A stretch of DNA of 64,000 bases, taken from contig OX597814.1 in assembly GCA_951406725.2 (NCBI GenBank), positions 46,872,001 through 46,936,000 on the forward strand, read 5' to 3'. This DNA comes from Octopus vulgaris. Taxonomy: Eukaryota. This document shows positions 63,544 to 64,000 of the stretch, piece by piece; the first letter of the stretch is position 1; the number at the start of each line of letters is the position of its first letter. The position numbers and the translations under genes are program-made. Below the pieces are notes generated by a model. The model searched no databases and was not told the DNA's origin. It worked only from the letters and a program-made list of their open reading frames with translations.

Positions 63544-63750
63544 AAGGCAGTGAGCTGACAGAATTGTTAGCAGACTGGAAAAAATGCTTGGCAGCATTTT
63601 GTCCATCTTTACATTTCGAGTTCAAATACCACTGACGTCGACTTTACCTTCCATCCTTTCAGAATTGATAAAATAAGTACCAGTTGGACACTAGGGTTGA
63701 TGTATCCCCCATCCCTAAAATTGCTGGCCTTTTGTCAAAATTTGAAACCA
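63544..63750 (+). mobile_element. SINE with an 11/12-matching TSD
   Basis: AAGGCAGTGAGCTGACAGAA...GAGTTCAAATACC; TTAGGATATGTT (63532-63543) / TTAGGGTATGTT (63756-63767). Confidence 0.75.
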
Positions 63751-64000
63751 TTTTATTAGGGTATGTTCCATTTGATATTACCAGATGGCAATTGCTTACC
63801 TAGGGAAACTATAAGGTAAGTGTTAAAAAATTTGTTTGCACTTTTATTTAATTCATGCATGAAGTGGGAGTGTTTTTTCTTAAAATTCCATAAAAGAGAT
63901 GTGTGCCATTAAAGTAGGATTTCATAGATATCATTACTTTTAACACCACCATTGCCTTATTAAAACAGACATGACATCCCTGTGGTATAAAAGCTGTAAG

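Overview
AT-rich eukaryotic genomic DNA. The repeat families ((GAT)n-tailed RTE LINEs, tRNA-derived SINEs, TA/TG microsatellites) look like an Octopus genome; this is an inference. The window holds the 3' part of one multi-exon gene on the + strand, the deubiquitinase USP32. I traced 24 coding exons with GT-AG boundaries and consistent phases from 1 to 51638 (about 1273 aa; the 5' part lies upstream of the window). They encode the DUSP and Ubl-like regions, a Cys box ([12 protein letters not shown]), a His box (GGGHY...YNDS) and a C-terminal CaaX motif (CVIQ*), followed by a long repeat-poor putative 3'UTR. The introns contain RTE-clade LINE copies whose RT carries an inserted PHD-type zinc finger, Penelope-like remnants with minimal hammerhead ribozyme motifs, piggyBac, maT and mariner relics, and several SINE families. 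The most notable pattern is the dsRNA-forming architecture of the pre-mRNA: two young inverted RTE copies bracket five exons (a circRNA or ADAR substrate prediction), and there are four long local hairpins near exons. Most short ORFs in the supplied track are spurious or transposon-derived.
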